From NCBI RefSeq assembly GCF_000039765.1, contig NC_004460.2:1020001-1052000 (forward strand): 32,000 nucleotides of DNA. Reading direction: 5' to 3'. The position numbers and the translations under genes are program-made. Below are positions 15,461 through 23,963 of the stretch, in pieces (position 1 is the first letter of the stretch; each line of letters opens with the position of its first letter). Origin of the DNA: Vibrio vulnificus CMCP6 (GTDB lineage Bacteria; Pseudomonadota; Gammaproteobacteria; Enterobacterales; Vibrionaceae). The notes beneath the pieces are model-generated. The model was not told the DNA's origin. It ran no database searches and saw only the letters and a program-made list of their open reading frames with translations.

Positions 15461-16324
15461 ATGTCTGCATTCCCATTAACGGCCATCGCGATGATCGCGT
15501 TTGCCGCAAACTCGGTTTTTTGTCGTTTAGCACTGGCAGAACAAAGCATTGATCCGGGTAGCTTTACTTTCATTCGCTTGTTGTCAGGCGCGGTCACTTT
15601 ACTGGTTATCTTATCGTTTAGCCAAGCTGGTCAAATGCGCCAACTGTTGAGCAAATCAACCTTTTTAAGCCGAACAAGTGTGCTGGCTGGTGTCGCGTTG
15701 TTTGGTTACGCCGTTGCCTTTTCCTATGCGTACGTCGGGCTCACTACCGGTACTGGTGCATTGATTCTGTTTGCGGTTGTGCAATTCAGCCTCATCGCCT
15801 TCCACCTGTTTTCTGGCCATCGCCCTTCTAAATTGGAATGGGGAGGCGTCGCTCTATCCATCAGTGGGTTTATCGTTTTAATGTCGCCTTCGGCACAAAC
15901 ACCCAATGCGATAGATGCGTTTATGATGGCGATAGCTGGGGTTTGCTGGGCGATTTTTACCTTATTGGGCAAACAGGCACAATCGCCCACACAAGCCATC
16001 GCTCAAGGCTTTAGCTTTGCATCCTTACTGGCACTGCTGTGTGGGTTTTGGCTACTAAATGCCTCATCCGTATCCGTCAATGGCATTGTTTGGGCTATGC
16101 TTTCTGGTGTGTTGGCGTCTGGGATTGGTTATGTGGTGTGGTACATGGCAGTGAAATCGTTATCGGTGCTGCAAGCGTCCATTGCACAACTCTCTGTCCC
16201 TGTGATTGCGATGGCTGCTGGGGTGATTTGGTTAAATGAGCCGCTGACTATCGTGAGCACTGTTGCCAGCGCACTCGTGCTTGGCGGCATTGCACTGATT
16301 TTTACCAGTAACGCTCAAAAATAA
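15461..16324 (+). CDS. DMT superfamily (EamA-type) transporter
   Basis: 287 aa and about 10 TM segments with two EamA-like halves. The 3' end overlaps the convergent fpr gene by 23 nt. Confidence 0.85.
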   Translation: MSAFPLTAIAMIAFAANSVFCRLALAEQSIDPGSFTFIRLLSGAVTLLVILSFSQAGQMRQLLSKSTFLSRTSVLAGVALFGYAVAFSYAYVGLTTGTGALILFAVVQFSLIAFHLFSGHRPSKLEWGGVALSISGFIVLMSPSAQTPNAIDAFMMAIAGVCWAIFTLLGKQAQSPTQAIAQGFSFASLLALLCGFWLLNASSVSVNGIVWAMLSGVLASGIGYVVWYMAVKSLSVLQASIAQLSVPVIAMAAGVIWLNEPLTIVSTVASALVLGGIALIFTSNAQK

Positions 16325-17081
16325 TGTTTCCCCCTGTTTGACGACGGTATTTTTCCAAACCCAAGTTTTGCAGCGCCGCAGAGGTGTCTTTAATCATTTC
16401 AGGATTACCACACAACATGGCAAAACTGGTTTTGGCTGACATCTCCATGCCAAGGTGATGGAACAGTATCCCAGAAGAGAGCAATGCCGGAATTCGACCA
16501 TGTAGCGTGTTCGGTACTTGCTCTCTCGACACGATGGGCACGTAAACTAAACGGCCACCATACAGCTCTTTCAACTGCTCAATCAGATAGCGATAGACAA
16601 GATCTTTTTCATATCGTACGCAATGAACCAAGATGATGCGATCACAACGAGGTTGATGGGTAATGTCATCGAGGAGCGAAAGAAAAGGACCAATGCCAGT
16701 CCCTGTGGCAAAAAGCCAGAGGTCTTCGGTGGTTTTGGGAATGATGTCGGAAGTGAGATCACCATGAGCGCTTTTGCCCACGTAAATCTCATCCCCAGTT
16801 TTGAGCGATTGCAATTTCGGTGTGAGTTTTCCTTGCGGGTGAGAGACGATCAAAAACTCCAACCAATCATTCAGCACCGAAGGGGCATTGACCAGAGAAT
16901 AGGCACGGCTCACCATTTGGCCTTGCTCATCCAGCAAAGCTAGCTTGGTAAATTGACCCGCTTTAAAATCCAAATGCGTACCAGTAACACGTAGGCTAAA
17001 AAGCTCCCCCGTCCAATCGGTGCGCTTTTCTACCACGGCCTTCGCAAAATCTCGATGTTCAGTGATTTTCAGTTCAGCCAT
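16302..17081 (-). CDS. fpr: Ferredoxin/flavodoxin--NADP+ reductase
   Basis: 259 aa and collinear with E. coli Fpr as recalled: FTAGQFTKL-type block (FKAGQFTKLAL), RAYS motif (RAYSLVN), LWLFATGTGIGPFLSIL, GRIPALL, MLCGNPEM, and a C-terminal ...ERYW. Confidence 0.93.
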   Translation of the reverse strand: MAELKITEHRDFAKAVVEKRTDWTGELFSLRVTGTHLDFKAGQFTKLALLDEQGQMVSRAYSLVNAPSVLNDWLEFLIVSHPQGKLTPKLQSLKTGDEIYVGKSAHGDLTSDIIPKTTEDLWLFATGTGIGPFLSLLDDITHQPRCDRIILVHCVRYEKDLVYRYLIEQLKELYGGRLVYVPIVSREQVPNTLHGRIPALLSSGILFHHLGMEMSAKTSFAMLCGNPEMIKDTSAALQNLGLEKYRRQTGGNIIFERYW

Positions 17082-17275
17082 ATCTACCTCTCACTCTGAC
17101 ACGGTTATGCAAAAAGTAACCGCCACATCTCTTTAAGTAAAGTGGAAACACCACAACAAACAACAATTTTTAATCATTTTATTTACAAAACGTTAAATGC
17201 ATCATTACACACTCTATTAATAAAATTTAGAATAAAGACTCAAAACAGCTATCAAGGTCACGGAATCACAACGAT

Positions 17276-17710
17276 ATGGAATTACTACTGCAAGATTTTC
17301 CGGTTGTTACCGAAATCAACGTCGCTTGGGGGGAAATGGATGCCCTACAACACATCAATAACGTGGTGTATTTTCGCTATTTCGAAACAGCACGGATTGA
17401 ATATTTCAATAAAATCAATCTAATGGATGAAATTAAGCGCAATCAGATTGGTCCGGTACTCAGCGAAACCCAGTGCCGATATCGTATTCCGGTGACGTTT
17501 CCGGATACGCTATTGATCGGTTCTCGCGTCAGTGAGGTAGGGGAAGACCGTTTCACCATGGAGTATCAAGTGGTCAGCAAAAAGATGGGTAAAGTCACCA
17601 CCACAGGCAGTGCAACCGTCGTCATGTTCGATTTTAAAAACCAATGCAAAACACAGCTACCCACCGTGTTGCGCGATGCCATTTTCAGTATCGAAGCTAA
17701 AAAGTCATAA
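17276..17710 (+). CDS. Hotdog-fold acyl-CoA thioesterase (4HBT/YbgC-like)
   Basis: 144 aa. The V.WGE.D...H.NN..YFRYFE..R.E.F pattern at the N-terminus is typical of 4HBT-type thioesterases. Confidence 0.85.
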   Translation: MELLLQDFPVVTEINVAWGEMDALQHINNVVYFRYFETARIEYFNKINLMDEIKRNQIGPVLSETQCRYRIPVTFPDTLLIGSRVSEVGEDRFTMEYQVVSKKMGKVTTTGSATVVMFDFKNQCKTQLPTVLRDAIFSIEAKKS

Positions 17711-17883
17711 CGCTTACAATGACTTACAGACAAACCATCAATGGTTTCGCTACACTTCTTTTCAAGCGGTTTGTTACCCAGCCGTTTTGATGACGAAAAC
17801 GCATTAACGCCCGTTGCCCCAATAGAGTGGCAGCAAACAGAAGCCACGCTTGAACGGCGGGCAATGATGCTCTCTTCTTTTGT

Positions 17884-17917
17884 ATGCCTCTTCTCGATTG
17901 GATGAGGCATTTTTTTT
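17884..17917 (+). terminator. Strong intrinsic terminator about 175 nt downstream of the thioesterase stop, with no obvious gene to assign it to
   Basis: ATGCCTC/GAGGCAT stem (17884-17890 and 17904-17910, extendable with one mismatch), followed by T8. Confidence 0.75.
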
Positions 17918-17965
17918 ATCAATACGCTATAGTCGTACCCCATTATTCGCCGTTCACTTCGATGC

Positions 17966-18913
17966 ATGAAAGCGCTCAACGATCTCAATATTTTTGTGGA
18001 AACCGCTCGACAAGGTAGCTTCTCGCAGGCCGCCAATAGTCTTGATCTCACTCCAGCTGCGGTCAGTGCCGCCATCAAAAGACTAGAAGAGCAAGTCGGT
18101 TTTCCCTTGTTTGTTCGTTCAACACGAAGCTTGCGCTTAACCAGTGACGGCGCGTTGTTTCTGCAAAAAACCACCGCGGCATTGAGTTTACTCCAAGACG
18201 GCCTAGACGAAATCAACAGCGCGCGAGGCGAGTTGGCCGGGCAACTCTACATCACCGCTCCTTCGGATTTTGGTCGCAATATGCTGCTGGAGTGGATTGA
18301 CGAATTCATCGAACAACACCCTCGAGTGACCATCAAACTCGACCTTTCCGATAGCCTGACCGATATGTACTCCAAACCTGTCGATCTGGCGATTCGCTAT
18401 GGAGAACCCGCAGACTCCAATCTGGTTGCCATCCCTCTTTGTCGTTCCAATGAGCGCATTTTGTGCGCCTCTCCCGATTATTTAGCCAGTCAGCCCCCCA
18501 TCTTGCATCCGAGTGATTTACTGCAACACAACTGCCTGTGCTATATGGTGTCTGGGGCGATTTACAACAAATGGACATTGCATTTCGAAGGGCAAAGTGA
18601 GCATGTTCTGGTCAGTGGCAATCCAACCACCAATGACAGTGAAGTCGTGCATCGACAGGCATTGAAAGGCAAAGGGGTCGCCAACAAATCGCTGATGGAC
18701 GTCAGCCAAGATATTTTGGAAGGTAAATTGGTACGCATTTTACCAGAATGGGATGGCGGCTCGGTGCCGATCTACATGATGTGCACGGATCGCCGAGCGC
18801 TCACGCCGTTAATGCGGCAGTTTCAGGAATTCGTCCAACAAAAATGCTGCCAGCAGCGCAAGGCAGTACTGGCAGCCATTGAACTCTGCGACTATTCAGG
18901 CGACGAAGGTTAA
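17966..18913 (+). CDS. LysR family transcriptional regulator
   Basis: 315 aa. N-terminal wHTH (LNIFVETARQGSFSQAANSLDLTPAAVSAAIKRLEEQVGFPLFVR) plus a LysR substrate-binding domain. Confidence 0.9.
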   Translation: MKALNDLNIFVETARQGSFSQAANSLDLTPAAVSAAIKRLEEQVGFPLFVRSTRSLRLTSDGALFLQKTTAALSLLQDGLDEINSARGELAGQLYITAPSDFGRNMLLEWIDEFIEQHPRVTIKLDLSDSLTDMYSKPVDLAIRYGEPADSNLVAIPLCRSNERILCASPDYLASQPPILHPSDLLQHNCLCYMVSGAIYNKWTLHFEGQSEHVLVSGNPTTNDSEVVHRQALKGKGVANKSLMDVSQDILEGKLVRILPEWDGGSVPIYMMCTDRRALTPLMRQFQEFVQQKCCQQRKAVLAAIELCDYSGDEG

Positions 18914-19189
18914 TGGGCGAAGGTGCAAGTATTCCAGTAATTCTTCCTCTTCAATACGGTCTTTAAACCGTTGAAAATGCTCACTGGCGATGTGTCTATC
19001 TAGGCTCTGCTGTGAGCACCAAATTTCTTGCATTAAAAACAGCCCCTCAATTTGGTTGTCCGCAAACAGCTCATACTGGCAGCAGCCTTGTTCCTGACGC
19101 GTGGGTTCCAAGAGCGATTGCAGCAAACCGCGTACCTCGTCAACACGATCCGCATGCGCTTTTATTTCAGCAATTAAATGGATCATCAT
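18896..19189 (-). CDS. ABM-domain putative quinol monooxygenase (YgiN-like)
   Basis: A 97-aa single ABM fold (IHLIAEIKA...C.QYELF......F.L.E.W.S...L..H..S.HF..F). It lies 13 nt downstream of nfsB, so co-transcription is likely. Confidence 0.8.
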   Translation of the reverse strand: MMIHLIAEIKAHADRVDEVRGLLQSLLEPTRQEQGCCQYELFADNQIEGLFLMQEIWCSQQSLDRHIASEHFQRFKDRIEEEELLEYLHLRPLTFVA

Positions 19190-19202
19190 GCGTTACCCAT
19201 CG

Positions 19203-19856
19203 TTAGATTTCGGTAAAAACAGTCTCTGCTGACCAACGTGATTTTGGCAGCTTAGCATTAAAATCGTCTTCGCTATGGTAACCCAGCGGCACAATCACCA
19301 CGCTGGTAAAGCCCTTCTCACGCAGACCAAACTCCTCATCAAGCACCTTGGCATCGAAGCCTTCAATTGGCACCGCGTCGATCTCCATCGCAGAAGCACC
19401 CAATAGCAGCGTCCCCACATTGAGGTAAACTTGCTTTTCCATCCAGTGATGCGCGTCTTTCAAGTCAAAGCGGTGCATGTTGACGAAAAATGAACGACCA
19501 GCGTGCATGCCATTTTTTGCTTCGACATCGGCAAAGCGGCCATCTTTGTCTTCGCTTTCCAAAAGGTCGAGTAGGTACGCTTCATCAATCGCCGTTTTGG
19601 CGCAGAACACCACAACGTGAGAAGCATCCAAAATCTTGCGCTCATTGAAAGCAAAACCACCTTGTGTTGCTTTGGCGATGCGCGCTTTTCCCTCTTCACT
19701 GCTCGCGACAATAAAATGCCAAGGTTGCGAGTTGACACTGGACGCACTCATGCGGATTAACTCTTTCACTGCCGCGACTTTCTCTTCAGGCAATTTGCGC
19801 GAAGCATCAAAGGCTTTGGTGGAGTAGCGGGATTGGGCAGCTTGAACAATAGTCAT
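19203..19856 (-). CDS. nfsB: Oxygen-insensitive NAD(P)H nitroreductase
   Basis: 217 aa and very close to E. coli NfsB as recalled ([12 protein letters not shown] -> [12 protein letters not shown]; [22 protein letters not shown]; [20 protein letters not shown]; AVPIEGFDA). Confidence 0.93.
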   Translation of the reverse strand: MTIVQAAQSRYSTKAFDASRKLPEEKVAAVKELIRMSASSVNSQPWHFIVASSEEGKARIAKATQGGFAFNERKILDASHVVVFCAKTAIDEAYLLDLLESEDKDGRFADVEAKNGMHAGRSFFVNMHRFDLKDAHHWMEKQVYLNVGTLLLGASAMEIDAVPIEGFDAKVLDEEFGLREKGFTSVVIVPLGYHSEDDFNAKLPKSRWSAETVFTEI

Positions 19857-20120
19857 ATTTTTCTCCGATAAAATAGCGGTAATAGGTTAAGACTCAATGT
19901 TGTTGCGAGTACTGTAAGCGTTTGAAGCACAGTGAAAAACCATCAAGCAGTGAATTCTTTTTCAAATTTTTTTTGAAAATACGTCAAGCCACAGACTCCG
20001 TAAGCAAGTCGAAGCTGACACACATCAGGCATCGAGCACGATTAAACTGGGCAGCGATTTCCGTTATACTCCCGCCACTATGACTGTTGTCAGTCAGGAC
20101 ACTCTACAAGGAAAGAAACC

Positions 20121-21419
20121 ATGCCCTCGCTCCCTCATTACGTCCATCAAGGATTAAAATTTGTCCCTCATTTTTTTACCGTTCCGCTTGATTATGATGA
20201 TCCGTCCAAAGGTACCATTGAGATCTTCGCGCGAGAAGTGAATCAACATGGCGACAATGCAGCAAACAAACCTTGGCTGGTCTATTTTCAGGGCGGTCCT
20301 GGTTTTCCTGCGGGGAGGCCGATGGGCAATAGTGGCTGGATAAAACGAGCACTGCAGCAATACCGCGTCTTGTTGCTTGATCAGCGTGGGACAGGAAACA
20401 GTAGCGTCATCAGCCACCAGACTCTTGCTCATCTCACGCCTGAGCAGCAATCGGACTACCTCAGCCTGTTTCGCGCCGACAATATCGTGCGTGATGCGGA
20501 GTTTATTCGCCTGCAGTTTGGCGTCGATAAATGGGCAATTCTCGGCCAGAGTTTTGGTGGTTTTTGCTCCCTGACCTATCTTTCCCTGTATCCAGATAGC
20601 TTGCTGCAAAGTTATATCACTGGTGGTGTGCCTTCTCTCTCTCGTCATCCCGATGAGGTTTATCAGGCGACGTTCAAGCGTACGATGGACAAAAACCAAG
20701 CCTTTTTCGCGCAATTTCCCCAAGCTCAAGCACTATGCCAGCGCATTGCAGATCATCTGCTGGAAAACGACGAGTATCTGCCAAACGGACAGCGTTTTAC
20801 GGTTGAACAGTTTCAACAGCTTGGCATTCATTTCGGCATGAGTGACACCTTCCTTTCAACCTATTACTTGTTGGAAAACGCCTTTATCGAGCTCAATGGT
20901 CAAACCGTGCTGCGCTACGAATTTTTGCATCAAATGCTGCAGCAGCAATCTTTCCACACCAACCCGATTTACGCCCTATTACACGAATCCATTTATTGCC
21001 AAGGCTTTGCTTCTCAATGGAGTGCACATCGCGTGCGCCAATCACTTGAAGCGTTTAATTATCAAAAAGGCAAAGCGTTTTATTTCACTGGCGAAATGGT
21101 GTTTCCTTGGATGTTTGAACAATACGCGACCCTACAGCCTCTCAAACAAGCGGCTGAATTGTTAGCGGCAAAAGTGGATTGGACGCCACTCTATGACGCA
21201 GAGCAACTGGCGCAAAACCGCGTCCCTGTGAGTTGTGCGGTCTACGCGGACGATATGTTTGTTGAAATGGATTTTAGCCGTGAAACCTTGGCCTTAATAC
21301 CGAACGCCAAAGCCTGGATCACCAATGAGTATGAACACAACGGCCTGCGTGCGGATGGAGAACGTATTCTTGATGTGCTGATCGCCATGGGTGAACAAAC
21401 CTTGGCGAATCAGCATTGA
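20121..21419 (+). CDS. Alpha/beta hydrolase of the prolyl aminopeptidase (S33) type
   Basis: 432 aa with the motifs PWLVYFQGGPG, LLDQRGTGNS and the nucleophile elbow GQSFGG, plus a late His in EYEHNG. Confidence 0.85.
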   Translation: MPSLPHYVHQGLKFVPHFFTVPLDYDDPSKGTIEIFAREVNQHGDNAANKPWLVYFQGGPGFPAGRPMGNSGWIKRALQQYRVLLLDQRGTGNSSVISHQTLAHLTPEQQSDYLSLFRADNIVRDAEFIRLQFGVDKWAILGQSFGGFCSLTYLSLYPDSLLQSYITGGVPSLSRHPDEVYQATFKRTMDKNQAFFAQFPQAQALCQRIADHLLENDEYLPNGQRFTVEQFQQLGIHFGMSDTFLSTYYLLENAFIELNGQTVLRYEFLHQMLQQQSFHTNPIYALLHESIYCQGFASQWSAHRVRQSLEAFNYQKGKAFYFTGEMVFPWMFEQYATLQPLKQAAELLAAKVDWTPLYDAEQLAQNRVPVSCAVYADDMFVEMDFSRETLALIPNAKAWITNEYEHNGLRADGERILDVLIAMGEQTLANQH

Positions 21420-21448
21420 TTGTAAACAGCGTTTTGACTTGTACTATG

Positions 21449-21474
21449 CTAGAATGCAGCCCTTTGCATTCTAG
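21449..21474 (+). terminator. Hairpin downstream of the aminopeptidase gene; probable terminator
   Basis: A perfect 10-bp inverted repeat CTAGAATGCA/TGCATTCTAG with a 6-nt loop, followed by CTACCTTTATTCGTTT. Confidence 0.55.
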
Positions 21475-21500
21475 CTACCTTTATTCGTTTGAGATTAACT

Positions 21501-22697
21501 ATGTCCTTTACTCAACTCGGCTTGTGTGCGTCGCTCACTGACGCCATTGATACACTTGGCTACCCAAAACCCACTCGCATTCAAACCCAAGCCATTCCTG
21601 TCATTCTAGAAGGCCGAGATTTGATTGCGGCGGCGCAAACGGGGACAGGTAAAACCGCCAGTTTTGTTCTGCCAATGCTTGAGAAATTGCGTCATGGTCA
21701 AACACAAAAGAAAAAGCGTATCCGCGCCCTTATTTTGGTTCCAACACGCGAACTGGCGATCCAAGTCGACGAAAAAATCAAACAGTATGGGCAAAACCTA
21801 GCGCTTCGCTCATTGGCCATGTTCGGTGGCGTTGACGAAAAAGCGCAAAAACAAGCCTTAATTGAAGGTTTAGATATTCTTGTCGCCACGCCAGGACGAC
21901 TGCTGGATATGTACGGTCAACGCGCCGTCTATTTCGAAGAAATCGAGATGTTAGTGCTTGATGAAGCCGATCGCATGCTCGACATGGGCTTTATTGATGA
22001 CATCAATAAGATCCTCGATCGTTTGCCTGAAAACATTCAGCATTTGCTGTTCTCTGCCACCCTCTCGAATAAAGTGCGTGATCTGGCCAAAAGCGCCATT
22101 CACAATCCGTTCGAGATCAGCATTGCCGCGAAGCAAGCGTCTAAATCTAACATAGAGCAATGGATCATCACCGTAGACAAAGACCAAAAATCGGCCTTGC
22201 TCAGTCACTTGATCAAAGAAAATCAGTGGGATCAAACCTTGATTTTTATTGAGACCAAACATGGTGCCGCCAAGCTGGTCTCTCAGTTGGAAAAACGAGG
22301 CATCGTGGCCGAAGCCTTTCACAGTGGCCGCAGCCAAGCGGTGCGAGAGCAACTGCTGGAAGATTTTAAAGCGGGAAAAATCAAATACTTGGTGTCAACG
22401 GGCGTGGCTGCTCGTGGTATCGATATTGAAGCACTACCACGCGTGGTGAACTACGACTTGCCTTTCCCTGCCGATGAATATGTCCACCGAATTGGCCGTA
22501 CGGGTCGTGCCAATGCCAAGGGTGAAGCGATTTCATTGGTTTCAAAGGATAACTTCAAAAACCTATGCATGATTGAGAGTCGTCTCGGACACCTGCTTGA
22601 GCGCCGAGAAGTGGAAGGATTTACCCCGAAGAAAGCCGTGCCAATTTCAATTTTGAATTATGTGCCAAAACACAAAAGAAATAACCAGCCTGAATAA
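21501..22697 (+). CDS. rhlE: ATP-dependent DEAD-box RNA helicase, RhlE-like
   Basis: Start at MSFTQLGL. The protein has a Q-motif (PTRIQ), AQTGTGKT, PTRELA, DEAD (VLDEADRMLDMGF), SAT and HRIGRTGRA. It is collinear with E. coli RhlE but lacks the long basic tail. Confidence 0.9.
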   Translation: MSFTQLGLCASLTDAIDTLGYPKPTRIQTQAIPVILEGRDLIAAAQTGTGKTASFVLPMLEKLRHGQTQKKKRIRALILVPTRELAIQVDEKIKQYGQNLALRSLAMFGGVDEKAQKQALIEGLDILVATPGRLLDMYGQRAVYFEEIEMLVLDEADRMLDMGFIDDINKILDRLPENIQHLLFSATLSNKVRDLAKSAIHNPFEISIAAKQASKSNIEQWIITVDKDQKSALLSHLIKENQWDQTLIFIETKHGAAKLVSQLEKRGIVAEAFHSGRSQAVREQLLEDFKAGKIKYLVSTGVAARGIDIEALPRVVNYDLPFPADEYVHRIGRTGRANAKGEAISLVSKDNFKNLCMIESRLGHLLERREVEGFTPKKAVPISILNYVPKHKRNNQPE

Positions 22698-22706
22698 TTT
22701 AAATGT

Positions 22707-22736
22707 AAAAAAGCCAGCGAAAGCTGGCTTTTTTAT
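22707..22736. terminator. Bidirectional rho-independent terminator shared by the helicase and the convergent 69-aa ORF
   Basis: AAGCCAGC-GAAA-GCTGGCTT hairpin flanked by A6 on the left and T6 on the right. Confidence 0.9.
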
Positions 22737-22743
22737 TGTTAAA

Positions 22744-22953
22744 TTACATATTAATATGATGACGTTCTAATTCGTAAACCCCTTCAAAAGAGGTCAATTT
22801 AATTTCTATATTGGCACCAAAATACTGAAGCTTAATTAAGGGTTCTTCTTCTTTCGTTACTTTTTTTCCAAGAGTTTCTAGCACTTCAGCCATAAAGTCT
22901 TTAACAGGCTGTTCAGCCTGAGAAAGATATTGTTCCAAATCTTCGTTTTTCAT
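22744..22953 (-). CDS. Small acidic hypothetical protein (69 aa)
   Basis: An AT-rich ORF with an AGGTG-like Shine-Dalgarno sequence and a terminator immediately downstream. No family recognised. Confidence 0.5.
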   Translation of the reverse strand: MKNEDLEQYLSQAEQPVKDFMAEVLETLGKKVTKEEEPLIKLQYFGANIEIKLTSFEGVYELERHHINM

Positions 22954-23027
22954 TGTAGCACCTAACCCAAACTTCTCATTCTTATCATCATTTATATTGT
23001 GTACTTCTTTAATAAAAGGAGAACACT

Positions 23028-23864
23028 ATGGATATCCATAAAATAGTCCTGAACGGCAATCACTATCGCTACGCGGCCTATCGCCATCAAGAAAGTGACC
23101 AATTTGCCGTATTCTTGCTTGGCGCTTTGCAAGACATTGAAAGCGTGCAGCAATTTTCCCTTGCGTTTGCTAGCCACTTAAATGTTTTCACCATTGAAGT
23201 CCCAGGAACCGGTCGTACCGCTCCGCTGGATTCCACTATATCGATTCGCCAGCAAGCCTTGATGCTCAAAGAGTTACTCGACCATCTTGGCGTGAATCGA
23301 GCCCATGTCATGGGCTTTTCGTATGCCACCGCTGTGGCTGTGGAGCTTGTCGATATCTGGCCAAATGTGCTGAGCCTTTCTATCTGTGGCGGTGTCCCCG
23401 GCATCCCCTCTTCAGGGCGTCTCGCCACCAAACAGATGATCGCCGCCGCGATGCACAGCCCGAACCATTTTGCGCAGAGTTTTACGCACTCTCTGACCAT
23501 TCAACATCCGGATATTCCACGTAACAAGGCGATTATTCGCGCCACCGAACGAGAAATATCTAAAATGCACCAAGAACGCATTGACGTATTTTTTGAAAAC
23601 TCCGTCAGGCTATTAGTTCATACCCCAACTAATGTTAAAAACATCAATATTCCCTGCACGATTTGCGTGGGTGAATATGATCCCTACGTTACTAAAGAGG
23701 TCGCCTATGAATTTGCATCCGTACTTAAAAATAGCCATTTTGTGGTGATCAAAAATGCGGACCATCTTGTTCACTTACAACACCCAGAAACGGTCGCAGC
23801 TATTATGATCGCACAAGCCGCTTCGGCAATTTCCTTAAAGAGAACTCTGGCCAATTTAATCTAA
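23028..23864 (+). CDS. Alpha/beta hydrolase with an atypical nucleophile elbow (GFSYA)
   Basis: 278 aa with an AAAGGAGAA Shine-Dalgarno sequence. The putative triad is Ser in HVMGFSYATAV, Asp in GEYDPYV and His in NADHLVH. There is no canonical HG oxyanion motif (FLLGAL instead). Confidence 0.8.
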   Translation: MDIHKIVLNGNHYRYAAYRHQESDQFAVFLLGALQDIESVQQFSLAFASHLNVFTIEVPGTGRTAPLDSTISIRQQALMLKELLDHLGVNRAHVMGFSYATAVAVELVDIWPNVLSLSICGGVPGIPSSGRLATKQMIAAAMHSPNHFAQSFTHSLTIQHPDIPRNKAIIRATEREISKMHQERIDVFFENSVRLLVHTPTNVKNINIPCTICVGEYDPYVTKEVAYEFASVLKNSHFVVIKNADHLVHLQHPETVAAIMIAQAASAISLKRTLANLI

Positions 23865-23896
23865 TTACAGTGGCTATTTTCAATTCTCAGTGATTT

Positions 23897-23938
23897 ATAA
23901 TCAACTCAAGTCACTGTGTAATTTGAGTTGGTTATTTT
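23897..23938 (+). terminator. Rho-independent terminator after the alpha/beta hydrolase
   Basis: A 13-bp stem (ATAATCAACTCAA / TTGAGTTGGTTAT, one G:U pair) with a 13-nt loop, followed by TTTT. Confidence 0.7.
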
Positions 23939-23963
23939 CACTCAGTCGATACAGATCACAGTT

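Noticed and set aside
17142-17275. Fur-box-like AT-rich sequence (TTTTAATCATTTTATTTAC) and a 93-aa ORF (17142-17423) in the fpr/thioesterase intergenic region
   Set aside because: The sequence matches the Fur consensus core at only about 8 of 12 positions in a generally AT-rich region. The ORF overlaps the thioesterase start out of frame and looks like AT-rich noise.
17566-18216. 216-aa minus-strand ORF spanning the thioesterase 3' end, the intergenic region and the LysR 5' end
   Set aside because: It overlaps two well-supported plus-strand genes in antisense. Its translation is low-complexity (rich in S, R, L and K) with no recognisable domain, and it has no convincing Shine-Dalgarno sequence. 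It is most likely a chance antisense ORF.
19959-19979. Inverted repeat TTTTCAAA-N5-TTTGAAAA upstream of nfsB
   Set aside because: It consists almost entirely of A and T inside a T8 run. Such low-complexity symmetry is likely by chance, and it matches no known operator that I can name.
20154-20729. 191-aa antisense ORF inside the prolyl-aminopeptidase-type gene; ORFs 21951-22352 and 23087-23500 are similar cases
   Set aside because: The reasoning is the same: each is embedded antisense in a CDS with clear catalytic motifs and has no independent signals.
21440-21474. Extended -10 promoter (TGCTAGAAT) for the DEAD-box helicase
   Set aside because: The hexamer lies inside the left arm of a perfect 10-bp inverted repeat located directly after the upstream gene's stop. 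A terminator is the more parsimonious reading, and no suitable -35 lies at 17-bp spacing. A dual role cannot be excluded.
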